A DNA stretch of 64,000 nucleotides from Candidatus Dormiibacterota bacterium (GCA_963709585.1 CAVPXI010000008.1:60534-124533), one strand, 5' to 3'. Shown: positions 22,653 through 32,138, numbered from the stretch's first letter. Numbers and translations: made by a program. The notes: generated by a model not told the origin, from the sequence alone.

Positions 22653-23354
22653 CTATGCACTCGTGGCGAGTTGCCGGACCGCAGCTCGAAGGAGGTCTTC
22701 CTCCGTGTCCTCGGAGAGATTGGATGGCCGTCCGAACACCAGGCTGGTGGCCGGGAGTACCAACATCGCGGCGACCGGGTACGTCGCGATGTGCAGATGC
22801 AGGGCTGGTGGACGCGGGCGCATCGACCGGAACTCCTCGTAGAGGCGCTGGCGACGCTCGAAGCGCTGCTCGACGGAGGTATCGAGATCGAGTGGGATGG
22901 TCGACGATGTAATGGCCCGCCAGCGGTCGAGACATGTGGCGAGAGCGATAAGGGTCCTAGCGTCTCCGGGCCATGCGGCAAGAATGTCTCCCGCTTGTCC
23001 GTGCTGTCGAAGTGCTGCCTGGACTCGAGGATCGGCGAAGTTGGGCAGCGCAGATGGCGGAGATGCTCGGAACGTCTGAAAAAGTGACGCCTGAGCCTGA
23101 GCGTGCCGTGCGACGAGCTCCAGGAGCCATGCGTGCCATGTGTCTCCGTTTACCCCGGCCGCTCGAAGGCTGCCGTTGCCTTCGGCATGTTCCACAAATG
23201 GCTCAACCCGAAGGCCGTCATCGAGCAAAGTCCACACTGCGAAAGCAACAGGTCCACTATCCCATTCCTCCCAAGTCCATCGATCCGGGTCGCTAGCGGA
23301 GAACACGTCGTCAGTTTGGAGGTTCGCGAATGCTCGCGTGGGCTCGAGTGACAT
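22653..23354 (-). CDS. hypothetical protein
   Basis: 233 aa ORF with protein-like composition; no family recognised. Confidence 0.5.
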   Translation of the reverse strand: MSLEPTRAFANLQTDDVFSASDPDRWTWEEWDSGPVAFAVWTLLDDGLRVEPFVEHAEGNGSLRAAGVNGDTWHAWLLELVARHAQAQASLFQTFRASPPSALPNFADPRVQAALRQHGQAGDILAAWPGDARTLIALATCLDRWRAITSSTIPLDLDTSVEQRFERRQRLYEEFRSMRPRPPALHLHIATYPVAAMLVLPATSLVFGRPSNLSEDTEEDLLRAAVRQLATSA

Positions 23355-23467
23355 TTGCGGACCCTGGCCTGGTCGACGAGCGTAACGGGTGAATCGCGCC
23401 GACCTTCAAGACCCGTTGATACCCTCCCCACGCCCTACCAACCGTCGGCGCCCAGAGGAATGTCGAC

Positions 23468-24130
23468 ATGACCTACGCGCTCCTGTTCGACTTCGATGGC
23501 GTGCTAGTCGACTCCACCCCTGCCTACCGTGCGGCCTGGTCGGAATGGGCACGAACCTATCGAGCAAACGAGGCGTTCATTTGGGCAGACGCACACGGAC
23601 GACGACCTGATGACATCATTCGTCGCGTCGCGCCCCGCGTTGACTTCTCAGAGGCGCTTCTGACGTTCGATCTGCTCCTTAGCGCCGCAATCCCTGGGCG
23701 CGTGACTCCGTTGCCGGGTGCCCTCGCGTTGCTACGCCAGTTGCGAGATGGGGAGTGGGCGATCGTCACTTCTGGCCGACGCAGACATGTACCGGCAATG
23801 CTCGAGCACGCGCGACTTCCTTCCCCCGCAGTGCTCATCTGCGGCGATAATGTAACCGCTGGCAAGCCCGACCCTGAATGCTTCTTCCGAGCGGCGGCGC
23901 GCCTCAACGTTCCCGCCTCCCGCTGCATCGTCATCGAGGATGCGCCAGGAGGAATTACCGCGGCGCGCGCCGCAGTCATGACCACCGTTGCTGTGGCGAC
24001 TACCCACCGGTTCGACGAACTCTCCGGGGCGGACAGCATCTTTACTTCGCTCAACGAGGCGTCCGGCTACCTTCTGGCCGCCGTGCGTGACCGAGGGGAT
24101 CCGAGCGCGGATCTCCCCGGACAGATATGA
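23468..24130 (+). CDS. HAD-superfamily sugar phosphatase (YfbT-like)
   Basis: FDFDGVLVDS, VTS, GKPDP, IEDA; GAGGA RBS. Confidence 0.9.
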   Translation: MTYALLFDFDGVLVDSTPAYRAAWSEWARTYRANEAFIWADAHGRRPDDIIRRVAPRVDFSEALLTFDLLLSAAIPGRVTPLPGALALLRQLRDGEWAIVTSGRRRHVPAMLEHARLPSPAVLICGDNVTAGKPDPECFFRAAARLNVPASRCIVIEDAPGGITAARAAVMTTVAVATTHRFDELSGADSIFTSLNEASGYLLAAVRDRGDPSADLPGQI

Positions 24131-24266
24131 ACGCTTCCTCGTTCGCATGGCCCACCACCTAGCCATTAGGTGATCGGAAGCTAGTGGAATCTGATGCGGC
24201 TGCCACTAGTTCAGTGTCTCGCGGAGGCCTCTAGGTGCGCCTATCCCCGTGCGACTCTTCAGTCAG

Positions 24267-25022
24267 TCAGCCCGCTGGGGGCGCGATGATTTCACGAACC
24301 ACCTGCGCCTTCCAAACGTATCCTAGGTCGCTCTCTGGGTTGATCCGTCCCGAATACACGCCGAGGAAACGCCAGACTGGTGCCGTGAAGATTGAGGTAT
24401 CGCCGTTCTCCATTGGCACCGCACCACCCGACCGGTAGGCGATCACGGGCGACCCCGAACTTCCCGGTCGCGTGCGGCTGTCGACAAGCATTACGGGCCG
24501 ATCAAGAATATCGATGCCCGGCTCGGATGCAATAGTGCCGCCAACCCAAATCCCTAACGCAGCGCCAGCAGTGCGGCCAAATGGGAAGCCGATGATGCTG
24601 ACCCAGTCGCTCGGCCCGAAGGCGAGCAGAGCGCCTGGCTTCCACGGATCGTAGGAGTAGATCGCAACATCGTCGGTCTGGGTCAGTTCCAGAGCCACGA
24701 CATCAACGGCTCCTCCCAATATCGGATGTTCCCGCCAGAGAGGATCGCCAAACTCTGAATACACGGGCTCCTCGGCGATGACGTACTGGCCGATCAACGC
24801 GTTCTTGTTGTGCACGATGCGCACCCGCGACGGAACTGCGAGAGATGGGTGCAGAGGCTCGTTCGTGTCCTGATGTCGGCCTCGGAGGACATGACGGTTT
24901 GTGATGAGGTAGAAAGCTCCAGCGCGCTCCACGATGAAGCCCGTGGCGGTGCCGAGCGCCGCGTTGTCCGAGCAGGTCTCCAACAACAACGACATCACCG
25001 ACGGCTGGGTGATGCTCGCCAC
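24267..25022 (-). CDS. trypsin-like serine protease, no signal peptide
   Basis: GTATGF, TNRH, DVVAL, GSSGSPV; GGAGGAG RBS before GTG. Confidence 0.8.
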   Translation of the reverse strand: MASITQPSVMSLLLETCSDNAALGTATGFIVERAGAFYLITNRHVLRGRHQDTNEPLHPSLAVPSRVRIVHNKNALIGQYVIAEEPVYSEFGDPLWREHPILGGAVDVVALELTQTDDVAIYSYDPWKPGALLAFGPSDWVSIIGFPFGRTAGAALGIWVGGTIASEPGIDILDRPVMLVDSRTRPGSSGSPVIAYRSGGAVPMENGDTSIFTAPVWRFLGVYSGRINPESDLGYVWKAQVVREIIAPPAG

Positions 25023-25272
25023 TATCGACTCCTCCGGTATAGGGTGGGCTTCCTTTCCATATACCTTAACCAGTTGTTGCCGGCAACGCTGACGCCCGAG
25101 CCCTCGCAGGCACTCGCCCAGCAAGCAGCGCTCCGCGAAGCCATCACCATCGCCGACAGCCCCTTCTCGCGTCCCCCTTCCTCTGCCACACCGGCCCGTC
25201 CTCCGTGCACTCGCTCCAGGCCATCCCTACTACTACAGACAATTACACCTGCGGTGTCGGCGCGTGGCCCAC

Positions 25273-25306
25273 GGCGAAAATGTAGGCGCTATGTAGGCGT
25301 TTCGCC
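25273..25306. promoter_or_regulatory. candidate oriT or relaxase operator
   Basis: GGCGAAA..TTTCGCC inverted repeat enclosing two ATGTAGGCG direct repeats just upstream of the relaxase. Confidence 0.35.
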
Positions 25307-25341
25307 TTTACGCTGGAGCTCGTGCAACACGCGTTCTCGCG

Positions 25342-28284
25342 ATGATCTCCATCGGCAAGCTCACCAGTGTCGAGCAAGCGGTGCGATATCTCCGCGAGGC
25401 CATGGCACACCAGCAGATCGAGTACTACACCGCCCGCGGTGAGTTGCCGGGACGCTGGAACGGTGTCGGCGCCGAGGCGCTCGGGCTGCGCGGCGAGGTG
25501 ATCGACACAGACTTCGCAGCCGTTCTCGCCGGCACACATCCACGCACGGGTGAGGACCTCGGCAAACACTGGCGGACGCAGTCGGTCGTCGCGTTCGACG
25601 TCGCGGTGTCCGCACCGAAGGACGTGAGCATCCTCTACGCGCTCGGCGACGAGCACATTCGCGCCACCATCCTGCGCATCCACGGCGAGGGAGTCCAGGC
25701 AGCCGCCGATTATCTCCAGGCTAACGCCGGTTGGGCGCGCCAGTTCAATCCGACGACCAGGACCACTGAGGCGGTGCGCGCCAAGCTGGTCATGCCCGAG
25801 TTCGTGCATCGCACGGCACGGCCGGTCACCGATCCGAGCACCGGCAGAGTCACGGTCGACCCGCAGCTGCACACCCACGTCACGGTGCCGACGTGGGTGC
25901 AACGGCCCGACGGGAGCTGGAGCCAGCTGTACAGCGAGGGCCTCTACCAGCACGCGGCTGCTGCCGGTGCCATCGCTCAGGCGGAATGGCGCGACCGCCT
26001 GGTGCGCGAGCTGGGCATCTCCACAGTCGTGGACGGCAAGGGCTGCTTCTCCATCGTCGGCATCACCGACACGCAGCGCCGTGAGTTCTCCCGGCGCACC
26101 CAGCAGATCGAGGCGCTCGAGCGCCAGCTGGGCATCGACTCCCCATACGGACACAAGCTCGCGGTGGTGTCGACGCGCGAGAGCAAGGACGAGGTCGCCC
26201 CCACCGAGAACCTCTTCGCCCAATGGCGAGAGCGCGCCGCGGGCGTCGAACTCGACGCCACCAGCATCCAGACCCTGCTGGCACGCGAGCCTGCGGCGTT
26301 GCGCCCGCGCCGACTCGATGTGCATCGCGCCGCGGAGCTGCTCGGTGAACGTGGGCTCACCGCCCAGTACGCGACGTTCACCCGTCGCGACGTTATCCGC
26401 AGCGTGGCTGCGCACACGCCGCTGGGGATGAGCCGGGCCCAGCTCGAAGCGGCCGCCGACGCGGTCCTCGCCGACCGCGAGGCGGTGCAACCGCTGGTGC
26501 CGCAGCGGCTCGAGGGAGAGCGCGACACCGACGCGATCACCCGATGGGTCGACAGCGGCCACGAGCTGCGCTTCACCACCCCGGAGATGCTCGCCATCGA
26601 GCGGGGCATGATCGCCACCGCTCAGCAGCGATCGGCCGCGTGCGTCGGTGTCGCCGACGCGCGCGAGGTCGAGGCGGCTATCGCCGCGCGTTCGACGCTG
26701 ACCACGGACCAACGGGTGATGGTCCAGACCGTCTGCCAGATCCCGGCCGGCGTGGTGATCGTCGAGGGCGCCGCCGGGGTGGGCAAGACCTTCGCCCTCG
26801 ACGTGTGCCGGGAGGCGTTCGAGGCCACCGGCATCCAGGTCGTCGGCTGCGCGCTTGCCGGACGCGCCGCCGACGTGCTCGAAACGGGCGCGGACATCCC
26901 CACCTGGACGGTCACCGGCATGCTCAACGAGCTCCAGGTCGACCACCTGCCGCCCGGCGGCGTGCTCGTGGTCGACGAGGCAGGCATGATCGGCGACCGC
27001 GAGCTTGCCGAGCTGGTCTCACTGGCGGCACGGGACACCGCCAAGCTGGTCGTGGTCGGTGACCCCGCGCAGCTCCAACCCATCGGCGCGGGGGCACCCA
27101 TGCGCACCCTGGGCGAACACATCGGCAGGGTGCTGGTCACCGAGAACGTGCGCCAGAAGGAGCCCTGGGAGCGAGCCGCCCTCCAGCTGGTGCGCGACGG
27201 CGAGGCACGGGCCGCCTACGAGCTGTATCTGAGCCACGACCGCATCCACATCGCCGAGTCGGTGTCCGAGCGGCGCGCGGACGTGGTCGCCGAGCACGCG
27301 CGGCTCGAGGAACGGGGCGTTGACGCGGTGATCCTGGCCCAACGCCGCGACGAGGTTGCGGCCCTCAACGAGCTCGCCCGGGCAAAGGCGGTCGAGGCCG
27401 AGCGTGTGCACGGACCCACGCTGACCGTGGACGGCAAGGAGTACCAGGCCGGCGACCGTGTCCTCTGCCTGAGCAACGACCGCGGCAACGGCGTGAGCAA
27501 CGGCACACGCGGTACGGTGGTCGCGGTTGACGTCGAGCGTCAGACGCTCACATTGGAGCGAGGGGATCATCGCCAGGTGGTCATCGACACCACGCAGTAC
27601 GACGCCATCGACCGCGGCTACGCGATGACCGTGCACAAGGCCCAGGGGATGACCGCCGAGGTTGCCCTGGTGGTGGGTTCCGACGGCGCCACCCGGGAGT
27701 GGACGTACACGGCGATGTCCCGCGGCACCGAGGCCACCCACTACTACGCGGTCGCCCAGCCACCTGAGCGTGACCGCCTCGGCGTCAGCCACACGGCGGC
27801 GCCGACGCATCCCGCAGAGGAGCGGATCGTGCATTCGTGGGAGCGCTCGCTGCAGAAGGAGTCGGCGCTCGACTACCCGGAGCGGTATGGCGAGGCCGAT
27901 CGGGACCACACCGTCTCAGCACCCGACGTCTACGCGCCCGCGACGGAAGCGCAGCGCGCGGCGCTCGCCGACCTCGGCGCTCCCGAACCTGGCGAGCACG
28001 CAACCCGGCTCGAGGCCGCCCTGGAGATCGACCGCTGGTCCGAGCAGACCCCGGGCACGGGCCTGGATCAGTGGCTGCACGAGACCGACGCCGCCGAGCA
28101 CCGGCTCGAGCAGCTCATCAGCGACGACGGCGGCGTGCGACCCGACCGCGCCGACCTGCCGCATCCATCACGAGGCATCAACCCAGGCGACTTCGAGGCT
28201 GCGAAGGCGCTGCTCGACCCCTACCATGCGCTTCTCGAGGTGGAGGCGCTCGCGCCGGCAATCGGTCCGGGGCTCGCGCCGTGA
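25342..28284 (+). CDS. MobF (TrwC-like) relaxase-helicase
   Basis: N-terminal YL/YY, SAPKDVS, HRTAR..DPQLHTH, FSRR, Walker A GAAGVGKT, DEAG, GYAMTVHKAQG. Confidence 0.93.
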   Translation: MISIGKLTSVEQAVRYLREAMAHQQIEYYTARGELPGRWNGVGAEALGLRGEVIDTDFAAVLAGTHPRTGEDLGKHWRTQSVVAFDVAVSAPKDVSILYALGDEHIRATILRIHGEGVQAAADYLQANAGWARQFNPTTRTTEAVRAKLVMPEFVHRTARPVTDPSTGRVTVDPQLHTHVTVPTWVQRPDGSWSQLYSEGLYQHAAAAGAIAQAEWRDRLVRELGISTVVDGKGCFSIVGITDTQRREFSRRTQQIEALERQLGIDSPYGHKLAVVSTRESKDEVAPTENLFAQWRERAAGVELDATSIQTLLAREPAALRPRRLDVHRAAELLGERGLTAQYATFTRRDVIRSVAAHTPLGMSRAQLEAAADAVLADREAVQPLVPQRLEGERDTDAITRWVDSGHELRFTTPEMLAIERGMIATAQQRSAACVGVADAREVEAAIAARSTLTTDQRVMVQTVCQIPAGVVIVEGAAGVGKTFALDVCREAFEATGIQVVGCALAGRAADVLETGADIPTWTVTGMLNELQVDHLPPGGVLVVDEAGMIGDRELAELVSLAARDTAKLVVVGDPAQLQPIGAGAPMRTLGEHIGRVLVTENVRQKEPWERAALQLVRDGEARAAYELYLSHDRIHIAESVSERRADVVAEHARLEERGVDAVILAQRRDEVAALNELARAKAVEAERVHGPTLTVDGKEYQAGDRVLCLSNDRGNGVSNGTRGTVVAVDVERQTLTLERGDHRQVVIDTTQYDAIDRGYAMTVHKAQGMTAEVALVVGSDGATREWTYTAMSRGTEATHYYAVAQPPERDRLGVSHTAAPTHPAEERIVHSWERSLQKESALDYPERYGEADRDHTVSAPDVYAPATEAQRAALADLGAPEPGEHATRLEAALEIDRWSEQTPGTGLDQWLHETDAAEHRLEQLISDDGGVRPDRADLPHPSRGINPGDFEAAKALLDPYHALLEVEALAPAIGPGLAP

Positions 28285-28794
28285 CGCGCACGACCAACGG
28301 CACAGCCGGCCGGATCGCGGCGCTCACCCAATGGGCAGCACAGCTCGACGTCGGCCTTGCGTCCGTCGCCGGACAGGTGGCCGAGCTACGGACCCGTCTG
28401 GACGACCCTGAGCACGCCGCGGTATCCCCCGCGGACGTCAGCCGCGGCATCGCCGATAACGCGCAGCCGAGCGAGGACTTCGTGTCGCTCCTGGATTGGG
28501 TCAACTGGATGGCGCGCGCATTCGCTCTCTCGGAACGCTTCCCCAGCTGCTGGTACAAGCACGAGGGCGTGGTCGTGGCACTCCGGGCGCTTCGCCACTG
28601 GCACTCCGCGCTGCAACGTAGCGGCTCGAGCGACCCCTCGCTCGACCATCCTCTGGGTCGATGCCGTCTATCGAATCAATGACCGAATGCTGCGGCCAGT
28701 CGCGCAGCATTGCTTGTCGAACCACCGGGACGCGCCCAACCTCGACCGCCCGACGGAGGACGAGCTGCCGCACGGGCGATTGACCGCCCGGTAA
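28281..28794 (+). CDS. hypothetical protein, DUF4913-like (frameshift near 28640)
   Basis: GTGA overlap with relaxase; DWVNW..CWYKHEGVVVALRAL..W motif. Confidence 0.5.
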
Positions 28795-28830
28795 GCCACC
28801 GAAAGGCCGAGACGGCCGCTGGTGACCTGC

Positions 28831-28852
28831 ATGTCAACAGGATGTCAACAGG
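28831..28852 (+). repeat. perfect 11-bp tandem repeat ATGTCAACAGG x2
   Basis: Seen directly upstream of the HTH gene. Confidence 0.7.
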
Positions 28853-28905
28853 AAAAACTGTAAGCGATATGAGAGCGCTGTCACGCTACGATTGAGACGC
28901 CCACC

Positions 28906-29235
28906 TTGCATGACTCCTCAGATGCACCAGCCTCAATCCTTGCCAGAGCTCACCGCCGACGGGACGGTTCATCGGTGCCCGACGTGAGCGACACCTCCAA
29001 TGCCGTCGGATTGTGGGACGAGAACATCCACAGCTTTCGAGGCGCTGCGCTGCGTCGTGCGATCCTCGCTCGCGGGTGGACGATTCCCGATTTCGCTCGG
29101 GCAACACAACTCCACGCGGCCTCTGTGTACAACGCCGTCAAAGGGCGTCCCGTTCGGGACTCCACGGCAATACGAATCTTTGAGGCGCTCGAGAAGAGAG
29201 AGCCGATGTCGGTCGCAATGCAGTTGGCGAGCTGA
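28906..29235 (+). CDS. small XRE-like HTH DNA-binding protein
   Basis: LRRAILARGWTIPDFARATQLHAASVYNAVKG; true start may be ~28984. Confidence 0.65.
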   Translation: MHDSSDAPASILARAHRRRDGSSVPDVSDTSNAVGLWDENIHSFRGAALRRAILARGWTIPDFARATQLHAASVYNAVKGRPVRDSTAIRIFEALEKREPMSVAMQLAS

Positions 29236-29256
29236 CTGTAAATAGACTCCGGCGCG

Positions 29257-30130
29257 CTAGACGCCTTGGACAACGGCGACGCGAACCGTGATGTTGCCTT
29301 GAGGCCCCGTTACGTCCCCCTCGAATCCACGTGGGTTGTCGACGAGTCCCTGCGGGTCGTACACCAGGCACACCAGGATCTTGCAATCCGGGTGCGCTTG
29401 GTACCTCAGCAAATCGACCGCGAGCTCGTCACCGATCGAACGAGCGTGATGCCCGGGTCTCGTCATCTTTGTCTCAATAACCACCTGTTCCCGCTTTAAC
29501 AGGAAGTCCATCCTCGACGAACCGCCCGCGTAGCTCGGGATCCACTCCTCGGGCCTCACGTCTTCAAACATTGCGACGAGAATCGTCCTGAGCAGATCTT
29601 GAACGTCGTATTCGTCGACGATCGCAATCGGGGGTCTGGCCGCGTGACGCCGCTGCATGGAGCGGATAGAGAGCGGCAGGCGTCGACACGCCGCCTCGAC
29701 CACGTGGGCTTCTGTCTCGCCGAGCCCAGAGCGTTCGCTCTCAACTGCTTCCTCGAGTACCTGGCGCTGGCCAAGCAACGAAGGCACGAGGGTCGTCTCG
29801 ACCGGATTCGACCAATACGGAATGAGCGGATTGGGCGCTACCGATGGGTCGTCTGAGACTAGTGGATTGCGCTGAGTAGGCGCCTCGAGAAACTGCTTGA
29901 TTCGTTTCGTGAACGCACCGCCCTCGTAGAAGTCGCGGAATTTCGCCTGCAACGGCTGGGGCACGACGATCAGGCACAGCGCATACCATTGAAGGTAGTC
30001 ATCGCGCAGACGTTCAACAGCACCCTGATCAGCGGGCGCGGCGGTGTCTGCCTGGAGCCTGCGAGCGCTCGCTTCGAGCGCAGGGACGTGAGGGATGAGC
30101 GCGGCCAGACTCGACTCCGAGGAAACGCTC
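29257..30130 (-). CDS. PD-(D/E)xK nuclease, REase_DpnII-MboI-like domain
   Basis: DEYDVQDLL..RPEE..SRMDFLL..IETK..LVYDP; frame stays open upstream of 29964 to ~30130, start uncertain. Confidence 0.75.
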
Positions 30131-30196
30131 GCCTACAGAGCGTCGCAGATTGACAGCGCCAGCAGTACGCCTAGGGTTGCTCCCCCTTGGCAGCGC

Positions 30197-31228
30197 CTAA
30201 AACCGGACTCGCGCCGCGGCCTGGAGGACGGCTTCGCTCGTCTTGCCGCGGTAGTAGTAGGCGACCATGTCGCTGCTGGCGTGGCCGAGGAGCTGCTGCA
30301 GATGGAGCATGTGCATGCCGGCATCCGCGCACCACGTGCAGAACGTGTGCCGGAAGCGATACGCGTTGCACCTGATGCCGGTCGCCTCGCCGAGCTTCGC
30401 GAGCATCGATTTGAGGCCCTCCATCGTGAGCGGCTGTGCCCGCCCGAAATGGTCATTGCGCAGGGAGAGGAACAGGCGCCCCTCGCCCACTGGCCTGGCG
30501 GTGTCGGTCAGGTGCGCCCGGAGCAACCGCGGCAGGATGCTCTGTCCGACCGTGAGGGGCACATCGCGGAAGCCCGCTTGGGTCTTGGTCGCGTCGGGAT
30601 CGTGCACCGTGCCGCGGATCTCGACGATCGGCGGGGTGCGGTCGAGGCGGATGTGCTGCTCCTCGAGTGCCAGGAGCTCGCTGGGACGCATGCCCGTGTA
30701 GAGGAGCATGGCGACGATGAGGCGGTCCCGGCCCGTCAGCGCGGCCTTGAGCAGGCGCTCCGCCTCGCCCTGGGTGAGCGCGGGGTCGCGTCGCCGCTCG
30801 TAGTCGGTCGCCGGCGAGACCCGCAGCGTGGTCAACGCCCCACCGGCCGCTTGGTTGGTGCCGAAGTGCTCGTCGCAGAACGCACCGAAGGAACGGAGCT
30901 GACCGCGCACCTTCTTGATGGTCGCCGAGTCGCGGCGGAGATCGACCTGGAGCCAGCGCAGGTACTCGGCCGCCAGGTCGCCGTTCCAGGAGGCGACGGC
31001 CTCGATGCCCCGCTCGCGGCGAAAGCCCGTCAGGGGGGTGCCCAAGAGGTTGTGGCGGATGTTCTCCCGGCTCGTCGAGCTGAAGACCCGTCCCGTCTTG
31101 CGCGAGACATGCCCCGCGGCGAAGCGCTCTACCGCTCGCTCGAAGGAGAGAGGGCCTTCGCCGACCGGTGCCGGTGTGCGACCGGGTGGCCGGTGGTTCG
31201 GTTGCAACGGCTGCAGCCAGTCTGGCAT
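30197..31228 (-). CDS. tyrosine recombinase/integrase
   Basis: GMRPSEL, TK, YRFRHT, LLGH, YY catalytic motifs; adjacent to tRNA. Confidence 0.92.
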   Translation of the reverse strand: MPDWLQPLQPNHRPPGRTPAPVGEGPLSFERAVERFAAGHVSRKTGRVFSSTSRENIRHNLLGTPLTGFRRERGIEAVASWNGDLAAEYLRWLQVDLRRDSATIKKVRGQLRSFGAFCDEHFGTNQAAGGALTTLRVSPATDYERRRDPALTQGEAERLLKAALTGRDRLIVAMLLYTGMRPSELLALEEQHIRLDRTPPIVEIRGTVHDPDATKTQAGFRDVPLTVGQSILPRLLRAHLTDTARPVGEGRLFLSLRNDHFGRAQPLTMEGLKSMLAKLGEATGIRCNAYRFRHTFCTWCADAGMHMLHLQQLLGHASSDMVAYYYRGKTSEAVLQAAARVRF

Positions 31229-31379
31229 CTCGGCCGAGAGTTTAGCACCGTTTTGTTAGGTAAGTGGTGGAGGCGACTCGCTGCCCCCTACTTTCGGCGC
31301 ACTCGACACAAATCAAGGTAGGGTGCTCAGCGGGCGTACGAGGGTCGAAATGAATTCGACCAAGCCCCTCGAGGGAGGC

Positions 31380-31454
31380 TGGAGCGGGAGACGAGGCTCG
31401 AACTCGCGACCCCTACCTTGGCAAGGTAGTGCTCTACCACTGAGCTACTCCCGC
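31380..31454 (-). tRNA. tRNA-Gly(GCC)
   Basis: GCGGGAGTAGCTCAGTGGTAGAGCACTACCTTGCCAAGGTAGGGGTCGCGAGTTCGAGCCTCGTCTCCCGCTCCA cloverleaf. Confidence 0.97.
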
Positions 31455-31606
31455 GGGCCTTTTGATCTCAGCTCGACCACTTCCTTGGATTTCTCTGCCT
31501 TGCAGCATCAATACTCCAGCCGAGAAGTGTTCGATCGCCGAGCCGAAAAGGTAGCACCTCAGTCCTCGCCTGTTCCTGTGTGCCCCTGGAGTGTGTATAT
31601 TATCGC

Positions 31607-31627
31607 GTGCGCATATCAGATGCGCAC
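31607..31627. promoter_or_regulatory. palindromic operator GTGCGCAT-N5-ATGCGCAC
   Basis: Perfect inverted repeat between an AT-rich TATTAT and the RBS of the RHH gene. Confidence 0.45.
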
Positions 31628-31649
31628 AAACCCAAAGGAACCTCACGAG

Positions 31650-32123
31650 ATGGCACGGCGGAACGTCTACATCCGCGACGAGGATGAGGTCGTCTGGGAT
31701 GGTGCCGAGAAGCTGGCCGGCGGTGCACCAATGTCTCGCGTCATCACCGAAGCGCTGCGGGCATACGTCAGCAGCCGGGATGGCAATCCGATGCAGCGGC
31801 TGACCATCGGCACCATGCACGGGGGCGAAGAGATAACCAAAGCGTTCATTGGGAGATGGCTGATAGCGCCGGATGAGGCGTACCGCTCAGAGCACGAGGG
31901 CGACGCCAGTATCGAGACTCAGGTGCGCGCCGGTACCACCTTTGCAGTCGCCGAGACAGCGAAGGAGCACATCGTGGTCTATGTGGACGCGGGCACTGGT
32001 GGGGCCGAATTCGACGTTTATGACAATTTCGACCAGGCGGAAGAGCGAGGCATTCCGGGCGACGTCCTGACCCTGGCAGCAAAGCGCGCCGGCATTGAGC
32101 GCGCCGAGCTGCTGGATATCTAG
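31650..32123 (+). CDS. EXLDI-family protein with N-terminal ribbon-helix-helix
   Basis: RNVYIRDED..MSRVITEALRAYV; C-terminus ELLDI. Confidence 0.7.
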   Translation: MARRNVYIRDEDEVVWDGAEKLAGGAPMSRVITEALRAYVSSRDGNPMQRLTIGTMHGGEEITKAFIGRWLIAPDEAYRSEHEGDASIETQVRAGTTFAVAETAKEHIVVYVDAGTGGAEFDVYDNFDQAEERGIPGDVLTLAAKRAGIERAELLDI

Positions 32124-32138
32124 GAGCAACCGGACGAG

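Larger units (their letters stand above)
22233..31427. mobile_element. integrative mobilizable element at tRNA-Gly
   Basis: Tyrosine integrase next to the tRNA 3' end, MobF relaxase, distal att duplication, no T4SS. Confidence 0.85.

Noticed and set aside
30095-31321. 408-aa plus-strand ORF, and similar long antisense ORFs such as 25243-26946, 40374-42035, 42423-44228 and 61764-63314
   Set aside because: Shadow ORFs opposite well-supported genes, typical of high-GC DNA
15396-31454. Three similar ~47-bp sequences as a CRISPR array or extra tRNA genes
   Set aside because: They are kb apart, match only the tRNA 3' half, lack the D-arm and 5' acceptor strand, and no cas genes are present; they are att sites
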